DNA of 43,260 nucleotides from a virus (taxonomy: Duplodnaviria > Caudoviricetes): IMG/VR virus record IMGVR_UViG_3300036660_000029, positions 1 through 43,260 of that record. One strand, 5' to 3'. This document shows, one piece after another, positions 1-8,795 of this stretch. The notes under the pieces were generated by a model. It was given only the letters and a program-made list of their open reading frames with translations. It was not told where the DNA came from and did no database searches. Position numbers and translations under genes: made by a program. Position 1 is the stretch's first letter, and each line of letters opens with the position of its first letter.

Positions 1-127
1 AGGTATGACAGACCTTTTTATCACTCACTTAAATATACTCATTGGTGGCAGGACAATGCTGGATACTACCGTAACCCAAATCACTTGAATGTGGTTAAGC
101 TGGATTTAATAAAAGATATTCCCTTCC
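1..127. repeat. Terminal direct repeat, copy 1 (circular-assembly overlap)
   Basis: aggtatgacagacc...gatattcccttcc at 1-127 is identical to 43134-43260, and the reading frame continues across it. Confidence 0.97.
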
Positions 128-246
128 AGGATAAGACAATTGGCGAGGACGGATGCTGGTCAGAGGATATATTTAAAGCCGGGGTTTTGAAAACAGAATA
201 CGAAATAATCAAACCATTTTATAGATACTTATGCAGGACAAAATGA
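1..246 (+). CDS. 3' part of a GT2-like glycosyltransferase that starts at 42816 (about 187 aa on the circle)
   Basis: Frame 1 reads RYDRPFYHSLKY...FQDKTIGEDGCWS...LCRTK to TGA at 244-246. It has the GED motif of GT-A enzymes and is missing from the ORF track because it is split. Confidence 0.85.
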   Translation, partial: RYDRPFYHSLKYTHWWQDNAGYYRNPNHLNVVKLDLIKDIPFQDKTIGEDGCWSEDIFKAGVLKTEYEIIKPFYRYLCRTK

Positions 247-482
247 GCAACAAGAAAGCAATTCGAGAACTAGCAATGTTTACCGTATTAGGTACGATGT
301 TATGCGATATAAACCGGCCTCGATTTACGCCTGAAAGCAAGGCAAAATTAAGAGAGTTGAGAATGCAACAAGGTTTTGAATCTCAGCCTAAAAATAAAGG
401 ATTAAAAGAGTTTAATATTGATGGTAAAATAGTATGGTCTATAAACGAAAAGAACGCTATTAGAAAATCTAGGCCTATATGA
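243..482 (+). CDS. Hypothetical protein
   Basis: ORF track gives 231. ATG at 243 overlaps the upstream TGA (ATGA), so it is the likelier start. Confidence 0.7.
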   Translation: MSNKKAIRELAMFTVLGTMLCDINRPRFTPESKAKLRELRMQQGFESQPKNKGLKEFNIDGKIVWSINEKNAIRKSRPI

Positions 483-1234
483 AGTTACTTAGCTACTCCC
501 TATTCGGCTCCCGTACAACCGATAAATGGTTATTCAACTTTTACCTCCGGGGCTTTGTCTGGAATGTAAAAATGAACCGCTTATTATATCCGGGCTGGCA
601 AACACACGTAGAACTTGACAGCGGAACATTTTCGGACTACGATCATATCTTTACAGAACTGCAAAAGCATTACGGTATAAGCTATAATATAGATGCAGAG
701 GACGAATTATGCAAATCAATGCTATGGCGATTCAAGCCTGTATTTTGGCCTAATAGCGAAATGGTATTATGTAGAGATGCGGATGCGATAACTACGGCAA
801 GAGAGTGTATAGCTGTTCAGGAGTGGGAGGAATCGGGAATGAGAATACACGGCATAAATGACAACCGGGCGCATCAATTACCGTTAATGGGTGGCATGGT
901 CGGTTTAAAATGCGATGCGATACGTGAAGAGTTTGGAACATGGGATAACTTCATGGATGGTGCCGGTGATTTATCTAAACACGGTTCAGATCAGAAGCAT
1001 ATTATGAAGCAATTGCACAGACCGGGCACTAATTACACGCTAATAACTAATATGTTAGGGCGTGGTAGTGATCATTCAAATCCGTTATGGACTTCTGATT
1101 TAACATGTAGGCATATCGGGAGTGCTGGAGTTGTGGATATGGAAACGATACGGTTCTTTAATAAGCACGATGCAAATTCGGGATTTATTAAGACAGAGAA
1201 GATTTATAAAGAGGTATTTTATTGGTGGTTATGA
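479..1234 (+). CDS. Putative GT-A fold glycosyltransferase-like protein
   Basis: N-terminal SYSLFG, WRF, DxD motif (CRDAD), MGGMVG and SDQ; soluble. Confidence 0.6.
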   Translation: MKLLSYSLFGSRTTDKWLFNFYLRGFVWNVKMNRLLYPGWQTHVELDSGTFSDYDHIFTELQKHYGISYNIDAEDELCKSMLWRFKPVFWPNSEMVLCRDADAITTARECIAVQEWEESGMRIHGINDNRAHQLPLMGGMVGLKCDAIREEFGTWDNFMDGAGDLSKHGSDQKHIMKQLHRPGTNYTLITNMLGRGSDHSNPLWTSDLTCRHIGSAGVVDMETIRFFNKHDANSGFIKTEKIYKEVFYWWL

Positions 1235-1413
1235 AAGAATTAAAAATATACGAATTTCAGGCAAAGCAAATTGAAGATACTTTTAGGATGGTTTCAAATT
1301 GCTTGGAAAGCAAGGATAAGAAAACGTGCCTTGACCGTGACATTATGCAGTCTTGGGAAATGATCAAGAATATTATTAACGAACAGCCAGATAAACAAGT
1401 TAAGCGATTTTAA
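1231..1413 (+). CDS. Hypothetical protein
   Basis: ATG at 1231 overlaps the upstream TGA. Confidence 0.65.
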   Translation: MKELKIYEFQAKQIEDTFRMVSNCLESKDKKTCLDRDIMQSWEMIKNIINEQPDKQVKRF

Positions 1414-1416
1414 TTT

Positions 1417-2079
1417 ATGAGAACAGTAGTAATTTCACACAACAACAACCCGGAATACGCATTCTTTGAGCCTGTTGTTAAATGGGCATGGAAGCGTCTA
1501 GGATGGGACGTATTAACAATGGTGACAGATAGTGTTATAACCTCGCAATGTATCCGCTTGTACGCTCATACGTGCGTTACACCCGATACGATGTTAATGA
1601 CATCGGATATTGATATGTTGCCGTTGTCTAACTATTGGAGGCCGAACAATGCGGACATAACATGCTACGGGCGTAATTTATCAGACAGGCATCAGCCTAT
1701 TTGCTATATCGCAATGCCAGGTAGACTATGGAGTGCGGTTATGGGTAATGACATGAAAGGCGATATTAAGCAATCAAGTGAATCGTGGACAACGGATCAG
1801 GATATAGTAACGGCTAAACTTAAATGGTTTGTATGGAATGAAATTGACCGCCCTATCTCACCACTTACAGGCTACCCAGTAGGGCGTATTGATCGTAGTG
1901 CATGGGATAAGTCACTACGGCAAACCGAACGCATAGACAGCCACTTATTACGTCCAGGCTGGACAGATGAAAACTGGACTAAGATAATCGCATTAATAAC
2001 TGAATGCTTAGACCCGACTATTGAAGATTTACACTTTTTACACACTCATAGAACACAATGGATAAAATCGCATTCTTAA
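1417..2079 (+). CDS. Putative glycosyltransferase (GT-A, DxD)
   Basis: LMTSDIDMLPL DxD motif, TDQ, RIDRS, DSH. Confidence 0.6.
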   Translation: MRTVVISHNNNPEYAFFEPVVKWAWKRLGWDVLTMVTDSVITSQCIRLYAHTCVTPDTMLMTSDIDMLPLSNYWRPNNADITCYGRNLSDRHQPICYIAMPGRLWSAVMGNDMKGDIKQSSESWTTDQDIVTAKLKWFVWNEIDRPISPLTGYPVGRIDRSAWDKSLRQTERIDSHLLRPGWTDENWTKIIALITECLDPTIEDLHFLHTHRTQWIKSHS

Positions 2080-2687
2080 CCCTGGCAGTGGGTGATCCAC
2101 GGTATATTGAACAGCAAAACCGTCTGATTGAATCAATAAAGCTTTATCACCCGGAGGCTAGGATATATAAATGGACAAACGAATACCCGGAGGGCTCCAG
2201 GCCTCACGATGAAAGCATGTACGGATTTAAAGTGCATGCCGTTCAACATGCTATATGCAACGGATATACAAAAATCATTTGGGTAGATACGGCATGTATT
2301 TTAGTTGACCGGGTAGATGATTTGTTTGAACTTGCAAAGCAATACGGTGTAGTAGCCGCAGAGGATGCAAATAAGTTAGTGCAATATTGTCATCCAGACG
2401 CTTGGAAATGGTTTAAGGAGCCCGTAAATAATGATTATCATCTAGTGGGTGGTAGCCTATTTGTATTTGACTTCGATAATTATCTTTGCGAGGTGATATT
2501 TGATAAATGGGCACAGTCTGAATTAGCTGGGCAATTTGGTACTAAAGATACAAGGTTAGGGCATAGACACGATGAAAGCTGTATGGCATTAGCTTTATAC
2601 AGTGCAGGGAGTAAGCCGGTGCCATATCCCGAATGTAGGTATGACGATGTTCCTGATAGAATCATGGTTAAAAAACACTTCAAATGA
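2058..2687 (+). CDS. Putative glycosyltransferase / nucleotide-diphospho-sugar transferase
   Basis: FLTLA start strand, FKVHAV, IIWVDTAC and HRHDES resemble GT-A enzymes. Confidence 0.65.
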   Translation: MDKIAFLTLAVGDPRYIEQQNRLIESIKLYHPEARIYKWTNEYPEGSRPHDESMYGFKVHAVQHAICNGYTKIIWVDTACILVDRVDDLFELAKQYGVVAAEDANKLVQYCHPDAWKWFKEPVNNDYHLVGGSLFVFDFDNYLCEVIFDKWAQSELAGQFGTKDTRLGHRHDESCMALALYSAGSKPVPYPECRYDDVPDRIMVKKHFK

Positions 2688-2869
2688 ACAAGCCAAGTAA
2701 TAAACTAAAAATAGGGAGATATCAAATAAGTTGCTGTATGTACTTACTTGCGAGAATTGACATTATACCCAGTGTTAATGCTGAAAAGGTTGGCAGATTA
2801 AACGTGCTTCAATTTGCATGGCTTTTCTTTTCCTTAGAATTAACACTTAGAAACATTAACGAAGATTAA
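2684..2869 (+). CDS. Hypothetical protein
   Basis: ORF coupled to both neighbours. Confidence 0.55.
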   Translation: MNKPSNKLKIGRYQISCCMYLLARIDIIPSVNAEKVGRLNVLQFAWLFFSLELTLRNINED

Positions 2870-3445
2870 ATGAACATACAAACAATTGGAGAGCATTCCA
2901 TAGATACAGACCTTTTAACGGTTGGTATAGCCATTGACGTAGGCTGTTTAGGCTTTGAATTTAGCAAAGGTATGCGGGATTTAGGATGTGAAGTGCATGC
3001 ATTTGATCTGATCCATTTAGAGGACAAACCAGCCGGGATTTACTTCTCAGTTGCAGCTATAACTGATAAAGACGAAAAGGTACACGTAATGAACACGCCT
3101 GATCGTCAAGCATGGCACCTGAATAAAAAGGGCGGAATTGTAGTAGATTCAATTAGTATAAACAAGTTGTACGGCTTCTTTGCTGGTCAGGAAGTGGATG
3201 TGTTGAAGCTGGATTGCGAGGGCTCAGAATACGATATATTATCTGATCCAGGTTTTAGACCGATACCACGGCAAATCTCATTTGAAATGCACTATCATTG
3301 CCATAAGACAAAACATGAGCGGCTATACGCTAAATGTATCGCAAATCTTGAAAGGTATTATGTGCCTATTCAACATGAATGGGATGCGAGGCATGGGAGC
3401 GGATTAAATTTATGGGATAGTTTGTGGATAAAAAAGGGATTATGA
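2870..3445 (+). CDS. FkbM-family SAM-dependent O-methyltransferase
   Basis: IDVGC SAM motif and VLKLDCEGSEYDIL FkbM signature. Confidence 0.85.
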   Translation: MNIQTIGEHSIDTDLLTVGIAIDVGCLGFEFSKGMRDLGCEVHAFDLIHLEDKPAGIYFSVAAITDKDEKVHVMNTPDRQAWHLNKKGGIVVDSISINKLYGFFAGQEVDVLKLDCEGSEYDILSDPGFRPIPRQISFEMHYHCHKTKHERLYAKCIANLERYYVPIQHEWDARHGSGLNLWDSLWIKKGL

Positions 3446-3585
3446 AAAGATTGGCCAAAGCAATATTGATACTTATTTTAATAAACCTCGTCATTTCTTG
3501 CTTTGCAATGAGGATAAAACATCCTGAATATACAGAAACTCAATTATTTTTTAATATACCCAAAGCATTTATTTGGAACTTATGA
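3442..3585 (+). CDS. Small membrane or signal-anchored protein (47 aa)
   Basis: Hand translation MKRLAKAILILILINLVISCFAMRIKHPEY...IWNL; ATGA overlaps at both ends. Confidence 0.6.
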   Translation: MKRLAKAILILILINLVISCFAMRIKHPEYTETQLFFNIPKAFIWNL

Positions 3586-4094
3586 CAAAAGAACAATTTT
3601 TAAGTAACGTTTCATCCTGGAACGATCATCTGCCTTTATTATGGCTGGCATTACAGGAAACTAAAGGCTCAGTAGCCGAATTTGGATCAGGGGACGGAAG
3701 CACGCCCTATCTACGTGAATATTGCAAGGATACGGAACGTGAGTTTTTCACTTATGACAATAGTCCTGAATGGTGCCATACAACAGGCTCTACGTTCGTA
3801 AACTGGTCAGACGCTTCGCTATATCGTGAGTATGATGTTTGCTTAATAGATCACGCTCCAGGTGAGTTAAGGCATGAGGCGATAGCGATATTAAAGGACA
3901 AGGTGAAAATCATTGTAATACATGATAGCGAGCCCATAGGTTGCGGAAATTACAAGCTGCATAAGATTTGGCATCTGTTTAAATATATTGTTCACCTCAA
4001 ATCAGAGGGTGCCTGGGCAACGGCTGTTAGTAATCATATTGATGTTACCAAATGGGCTGGTCAGGAATTAGCGGGGTTTAAGATAGATGTATGA
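3582..4094 (+). CDS. Class I SAM-dependent methyltransferase-like protein
   Basis: VAEFGSGDGST motif I, CLIDH and IHDSE. ATG at 3582 preferred over TTG at 3573. Confidence 0.7.
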   Translation: MTKEQFLSNVSSWNDHLPLLWLALQETKGSVAEFGSGDGSTPYLREYCKDTEREFFTYDNSPEWCHTTGSTFVNWSDASLYREYDVCLIDHAPGELRHEAIAILKDKVKIIVIHDSEPIGCGNYKLHKIWHLFKYIVHLKSEGAWATAVSNHIDVTKWAGQELAGFKIDV

Positions 4095-4735
4095 AAATAG
4101 GTATAGGAATTACAACAACTTCAAACCGTTCAGAGATAGCGGAAAGGAATATTGAAACTATACGGGCTTTATCCGCGGGTTGTAAAATAGTTGTTGTTAA
4201 GGATGTGATAGGCATTGCTAAAGCTAAAAACGAATGCTTGAGGCAATTAGATGATTGCGAGCATATATTTTTATTTGATGATGATACGTACCCAAAAAAA
4301 GATGACTGGTATTTGCCATACATAGAAGCACTTACCCCTCACCTATCATTTACATTCTCAAAACTACACAACGGAGCTACTAACGGGAATAGGGTACTTG
4401 ATGGGAAATTCATGGGACTTAATATATTCCAAAATCCTTGCGGTTGTATGATGTATATTCATAAACGATGCTTAGATGTTATCGGAGGCTTTGATGAACG
4501 CTTTATAGGCTGGGGGTATGAGCATGTTAACTTCTCGCAACGGGTATTTAATGCAGGCTTAACCCCTTACCCGTTTATGGATGTTGCCAACAGTCTGGAA
4601 TTACTGCACTCAATGGATTACTACGGAGAGGTTAAAAGCAGTGTTAACGGCATGGATAGGATGAAATATATCCAGAATAACAGACCGATTTATGAGATGG
4701 AGAGTTTGAGTAAGGAGTTTATAAAATATAAATAA
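4091..4735 (+). CDS. GT2-family glycosyltransferase
   Basis: IGITT, KNECL, FLFDDD and GGFDERFIGWGYEH. Confidence 0.85.
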   Translation: MKIGIGITTTSNRSEIAERNIETIRALSAGCKIVVVKDVIGIAKAKNECLRQLDDCEHIFLFDDDTYPKKDDWYLPYIEALTPHLSFTFSKLHNGATNGNRVLDGKFMGLNIFQNPCGCMMYIHKRCLDVIGGFDERFIGWGYEHVNFSQRVFNAGLTPYPFMDVANSLELLHSMDYYGEVKSSVNGMDRMKYIQNNRPIYEMESLSKEFIKYK

Positions 4736-4998
4736 TGACAGCAGAAGAAACATTAAACGTTGTAGCTAAAGAAAACGGATACGCCAGTTATTTGGATTGC
4801 ATTACTTTTGGTAATACATACTATATACACCTTATAGCACGATTATCAGCAGAGCGTTATGCTTTAATACAAATAGAGAAAGACAGAAATAGTATAAAGG
4901 ACATATGGAAGCCACTTGCACCATGCGATATGGATACTATGCAAAATTGGAGAAACATTCGGAACGGAATAGACCAAATTGAAATCCAATTAGACTAA
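4735..4998 (+). CDS. Hypothetical protein
   Basis: ORF coupled to the upstream gene by TAATG. Confidence 0.65.
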   Translation: MTAEETLNVVAKENGYASYLDCITFGNTYYIHLIARLSAERYALIQIEKDRNSIKDIWKPLAPCDMDTMQNWRNIRNGIDQIEIQLD

Positions 4999-5535
4999 AT
5001 GAAAATCCGCTACATAACACCGTTTTCCTTTGAAAAAAACATCGGCAAAGCCCTAAATGAATCCATAGAAGAATTACCAGACGATTGTTTTGTGGTTTGT
5101 CGTGACGGCGATACCTTATTCATGCTACCTGATTGGGGTATGCAGATCAAAGAGATTATAGAGGCAAATCCCGATTATCACATTATCGGATGTATGACAA
5201 ATCGGCTATCTGTTCCACAACAATTAGCTCCCGGAATGTTTGACGAATCTGATATTGGTAAGCATATAGAAACGGCTCAAACCCTGCAACAATACAGAAC
5301 AGAGGTCGTAAAATCGAATATAGCGGCTGGTTTATGTATGATCTTTCATAAATCGGTATGGCAAAAATGTAAATTCAAAGAAAATACTGTTATATTTGAT
5401 AGGATATTCTGCATAGAGGCTTCAAAAAATGGCTTCAATATCGGGATAGCTAAAGGGTTGTACTTATTTCACCTTTACAGGTGGGGTAAAAAGAACCCGG
5501 AACAGTACAAAGACCACCTTAACCCCTTTTTATAA
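4999..5535 (+). CDS. Putative GT2-like glycosyltransferase
   Basis: YITPF, GKALN, CRDGD DxD, AGLCMIF, D..FC and YLFH; TAATG-coupled to the neck gene. Confidence 0.7.
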   Translation: MKIRYITPFSFEKNIGKALNESIEELPDDCFVVCRDGDTLFMLPDWGMQIKEIIEANPDYHIIGCMTNRLSVPQQLAPGMFDESDIGKHIETAQTLQQYRTEVVKSNIAAGLCMIFHKSVWQKCKFKENTVIFDRIFCIEASKNGFNIGIAKGLYLFHLYRWGKKNPEQYKDHLNPFL

Positions 5536-6122
5536 TGGAATACCAGGTTAAAGTTTTAGAAGATGTTGTAACCGAACCCGTAACATTAGCGGAGGTTAAA
5601 TCGTGGTGTCAAATAGATGCTGATTATTCCTCAGAGGATAGCACACTGGCAATAATGATTTCATCGGCCCGTGAGAAACTTGAAGGCGAATTAAACGTTT
5701 TCTTTGGCGTAAAAACAATAGAGGTTCAATTTTCGGGATCATTTTTTAGATTGCCATACGGCCCTACTGGAAATATACTATCATTTTATAATGTTGGAGA
5801 TGACCCTTATGCAGATATTGAATATACTTTGCATGGCTTAACCTTTAAATCCATGTGTATCGGTCACGTTAATGCCTCTGAATGGTTTTATCCTATTGCA
5901 GGGAGCTACCCCGAATTGTGGCGTAACTTAGATCATTTGAACATAAATACTTATAATGTTATGTATACTACCGGGTATATAACGTTACCACGCTTACTTA
6001 AAGAAGCTTTATTAATTCAAATAGATTACGATTTAAAAGCACGTGGTATGCCGGGAATGTCTGCATTGAGTCCGGTAGCTGTTCAGAAAGCACAAAGGTT
6101 TAGTCAAAATTTGGTATTATGA
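5535..6122 (+). CDS. Head-tail connector (gp6-like)
   Basis: EPVTLAEVK...ED..L...I.SAR motif, GY..LP..LK.A.L, and gene position. Confidence 0.85.
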   Translation: MEYQVKVLEDVVTEPVTLAEVKSWCQIDADYSSEDSTLAIMISSAREKLEGELNVFFGVKTIEVQFSGSFFRLPYGPTGNILSFYNVGDDPYADIEYTLHGLTFKSMCIGHVNASEWFYPIAGSYPELWRNLDHLNINTYNVMYTTGYITLPRLLKEALLIQIDYDLKARGMPGMSALSPVAVQKAQRFSQNLVL

Positions 6123-6292
6123 TGGCAGAGTTAAGGGTAAAAATATCATCTATTTCAGACGCATACTGGGCTGGATACCGGCGCGGTGTAAGAGATTGTG
6201 ATGAGGTTTATTATCTAAAAACACATGAAGATCAATTAGAGTCTGCTTTAAATATTGAGGGTATTGACTTAAACACGGAGGATGAATTATGA
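6119..6292 (+). CDS. Hypothetical protein (57 aa)
   Basis: Hand translation MMAELRVKISSISDAYWAGYRRG...TEDEL; ATGA overlaps at both ends. Confidence 0.6.
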   Translation: MMAELRVKISSISDAYWAGYRRGVRDCDEVYYLKTHEDQLESALNIEGIDLNTEDEL

Positions 6293-6633
6293 TCTCGGGA
6301 TTACTTAACCAACGCATCGAAATATACACGAATACGATCACACGTAGGGCGGACGGGGGTACTGAGCCGAATAATGAGTTATACTGGGCAACTAATGCAA
6401 AGGTTAAACAGTTGCGTTCATCCCGGAATCAGGAAGCAAATCAAGTGCAAATGAGCCAAATATTTAGCTTTGAGATTCGTTATCGCAGGGATAAGAATAT
6501 CCAAAATGATATGCTACTTTACTGGAGAGGTACTTGGTTAATAATACAAGGGTATATGCCGGACGTAGTTTATAACGATTGGGTAAAATTTGATGCAGTT
6601 GCAAATAATACGGGAAATTTAGTAACAACGTAA
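6289..6633 (+). CDS. Head closure / head-tail adaptor
   Basis: G.LNQRIEI...DGG...WA..K and FEIRYRRD..DM pattern. Confidence 0.8.
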   Translation: MISGLLNQRIEIYTNTITRRADGGTEPNNELYWATNAKVKQLRSSRNQEANQVQMSQIFSFEIRYRRDKNIQNDMLLYWRGTWLIIQGYMPDVVYNDWVKFDAVANNTGNLVTT

Positions 6634-7124
6634 TGGCAGTCAAGGGCGTTCAACAAACATTAAATGCAATACGCAACTTTCAAGAAGTAATTCAGGAAGA
6701 TGTAAAAGATAGTGTTGAGAAATGGACTTTGATAATTTTACGTGAAGCGATTAATAACGCTCCCGGAGCCGGAGATTTAGTAGCAACACAACACGGAACG
6801 CAAAAAATAGAAACGGGGGTAAATCAATACATATCAAGTGAATTAGTTAACAACGGATTTACGGGGCGTGTATTCTTAGAGGCAGGCGCAAGCTTAATGG
6901 CTATATATTTAGAATTTGGAACGGGTAAAAGCGCTCAAAACTACGTGCCAACTTTACCAGCAGAATGGCAAGCATTTGCAAAGAAGTATTATATTAACGG
7001 GAAAGGAACTTTGATTAAACACCCTTTCTTATTGCCAGCGTTTTTTAATAATCAGTTTAAGTTTCTGTATGATATGCAAAAGGTATTAAAAAGCCATGGT
7101 ATTAATTCAACTGTTATATCATGA
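6633..7124 (+). CDS. HK97 gp10-like neck / tail-completion protein
   Basis: NAP...G.L, YLEFGT and HPFLLPA motifs. Confidence 0.8.
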   Translation: MAVKGVQQTLNAIRNFQEVIQEDVKDSVEKWTLIILREAINNAPGAGDLVATQHGTQKIETGVNQYISSELVNNGFTGRVFLEAGASLMAIYLEFGTGKSAQNYVPTLPAEWQAFAKKYYINGKGTLIKHPFLLPAFFNNQFKFLYDMQKVLKSHGINSTVIS

Positions 7125-7588
7125 TCGAAGTTAAGACAGCATTAAGAACAGCCTATTTTGGAGCCCTGCAAAATAATATAAATTATCTTGGTGTGAATAT
7201 TCCTATGGATCAGGATTTCTTTAACGGTGTGCCTGCAACGTTACCGATAGGCAATAGTACGCAAGTTCAGGCTTACGTTATATTTCAAAACCAGACCGTT
7301 AATGATAATAACAGTCCGTTTTGCCACGTAAATCAGAACACATCCTGCCAGTTAGATATAATTACGCGCTTTAATGCGAACTCAGGCAACTCATATCATG
7401 CCGAACAGATCACACAAAAGATATTTGATTTACTCTTTACATCAGACCCGAAACGTATTATCTTTACATTGACAGGCTTAAACATGTGGCGCGGGTGGTT
7501 AGAATCAAGCCGGGCATTAGTTCAGGAAACATCAGATGAACGTATATTTAGAAATATTCTGATTTTTCAACATAGTATTTCACAATAA
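7121..7588 (+). CDS. Putative tail terminator
   Basis: Position just before the tail tube gene, and size. Confidence 0.6.
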   Translation: MIEVKTALRTAYFGALQNNINYLGVNIPMDQDFFNGVPATLPIGNSTQVQAYVIFQNQTVNDNNSPFCHVNQNTSCQLDIITRFNANSGNSYHAEQITQKIFDLLFTSDPKRIIFTLTGLNMWRGWLESSRALVQETSDERIFRNILIFQHSISQ

Positions 7589-7621
7589 AATAGTATATAT
7601 TTACAATAAAAAATTATAACC

Positions 7622-8092
7622 ATGTCAGGAACAACTCAATTAGGAACACTTTACCCGTTGTACGTGAATCGGGTAACAGCGATTACAGTCTACGGCGGAG
7701 ATATAGCTTTCCCAGGAGAGTTTGATTTGGTGGCCTGTTTAACCAATACAGGATTTGATGGTAGCACGGACGGAATAGATGCATCGTCTATGTGTTCGGG
7801 TATCTTTAAAGACAGTATCCCAGGTCAGGTAGGCTGGACAATGTCAGGAACGGGTGAAAGTATTAACATCACCGGAACAGATGGCAGGGTAAGCCATAAC
7901 GATTTATCGGAGATGTGGAAAAAACGTACCGTAGCATGGTGGGCAATATATGACGATGCTTTATCAAGCGTTCGTTATGGTTTGGGATATATCTCAGCTT
8001 ATGCAGATGCTAACCCAAACAATGCCGTTAAAACATTCACAATCACAATACAGGGTAAAGGCGAGCCGTTCACTCAGGTAGCTACGTCTTAA
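7622..8092 (+). CDS. Major tail tube protein
   Basis: VACLT...IDASSMCSG...PG..GWTMSG and TFTITIQGKG. Confidence 0.8.
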   Translation: MSGTTQLGTLYPLYVNRVTAITVYGGDIAFPGEFDLVACLTNTGFDGSTDGIDASSMCSGIFKDSIPGQVGWTMSGTGESINITGTDGRVSHNDLSEMWKKRTVAWWAIYDDALSSVRYGLGYISAYADANPNNAVKTFTITIQGKGEPFTQVATS

Positions 8093-8487
8093 TGACGAAC
8101 CCAAGAATAGACATCGAAATACAGGGGGTTACTCACTCTCTGTATTTTGGTATGTCAGCAATTCAGATATTTTCTGAAAAGTCAATACATGAGCTTCAAT
8201 TATTATCCGCTCAAAATCCTAAAACACCACTTGATAAATTACAGGCAGACCCGGTCAAATCGTTTGCTTATGTAGTTTACGGGGGCTTGTGTAATACAGC
8301 CGATATTAACGAACAGCAACGGCCTACGTTTACTGAGTGTTATGAAATAGCGGAAAACATTCTGTATGAAGATGAAGCCGTGCAAAAGTCTGTATTCGAT
8401 TGCTTCAATAACAGCCGGGCGCATAAGGCATTGAAGGAACGCCTTTCCGGTATCCAAAAAAAAAGCCTTCCCGTTCCAAAAAAATAG
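8092..8487 (+). CDS. Tail assembly chaperone (G-like)
   Basis: Lies between tube and tape measure genes and ends at slippery A-runs. Confidence 0.75.
   Translation: MTNPRIDIEIQGVTHSLYFGMSAIQIFSEKSIHELQLLSAQNPKTPLDKLQADPVKSFAYVVYGGLCNTADINEQQRPTFTECYEIAENILYEDEAVQKSVFDCFNNSRAHKALKERLSGIQKKSLPVPKK
8455..8484 (+). other. -1 programmed ribosomal frameshift site(s)
   Basis: CAA AAA AAA and CCA AAA AAA, both A-AAA-AAA heptamers. The -1 frame is open into ORF 8529-8795. Confidence 0.75.
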
Positions 8488-8528
8488 TCCCTACTGATTG
8501 GGATTCCATTAAGTCCTATGCCTATGGT

Positions 8529-8795
8529 ATGGGCTTAAAGCCGTGGGAGTTTATTAGGCTATCCGAATACGATTATTATTTAATATGCATTGGTCAAAAG
8601 AATGTGGATCAAATACAGCTGCAACATCTTAGAAAATCATGCTGGATTACTCTTTGCGGTTATGCAGACCCGGCAACAAGGCCGACTAGCGAACAGGTTT
8701 GGTGGCCTTTAGATAATGATCCCGTGTATGTGCCTATTAATAGAAAAAAAGTTGTTAAATTGCATACTAAAATTATGTCCTTAGTTTTTAAGTAA
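8529..8795 (+). CDS. Tail assembly chaperone C-terminal (T-like) segment, probably made as a frameshift fusion
   Basis: In the -1 frame relative to 8092; MGLKPWEF..LS..Y pattern. Confidence 0.7.
   Translation: MGLKPWEFIRLSEYDYYLICIGQKNVDQIQLQHLRKSCWITLCGYADPATRPTSEQVWWPLDNDPVYVPINRKKVVKLHTKIMSLVFK

Noticed and set aside
6150-6341. 63-aa minus-strand ORF
   Set aside because: The gap is filled exactly by plus-strand ORF 6119-6292, coupled at both ends.
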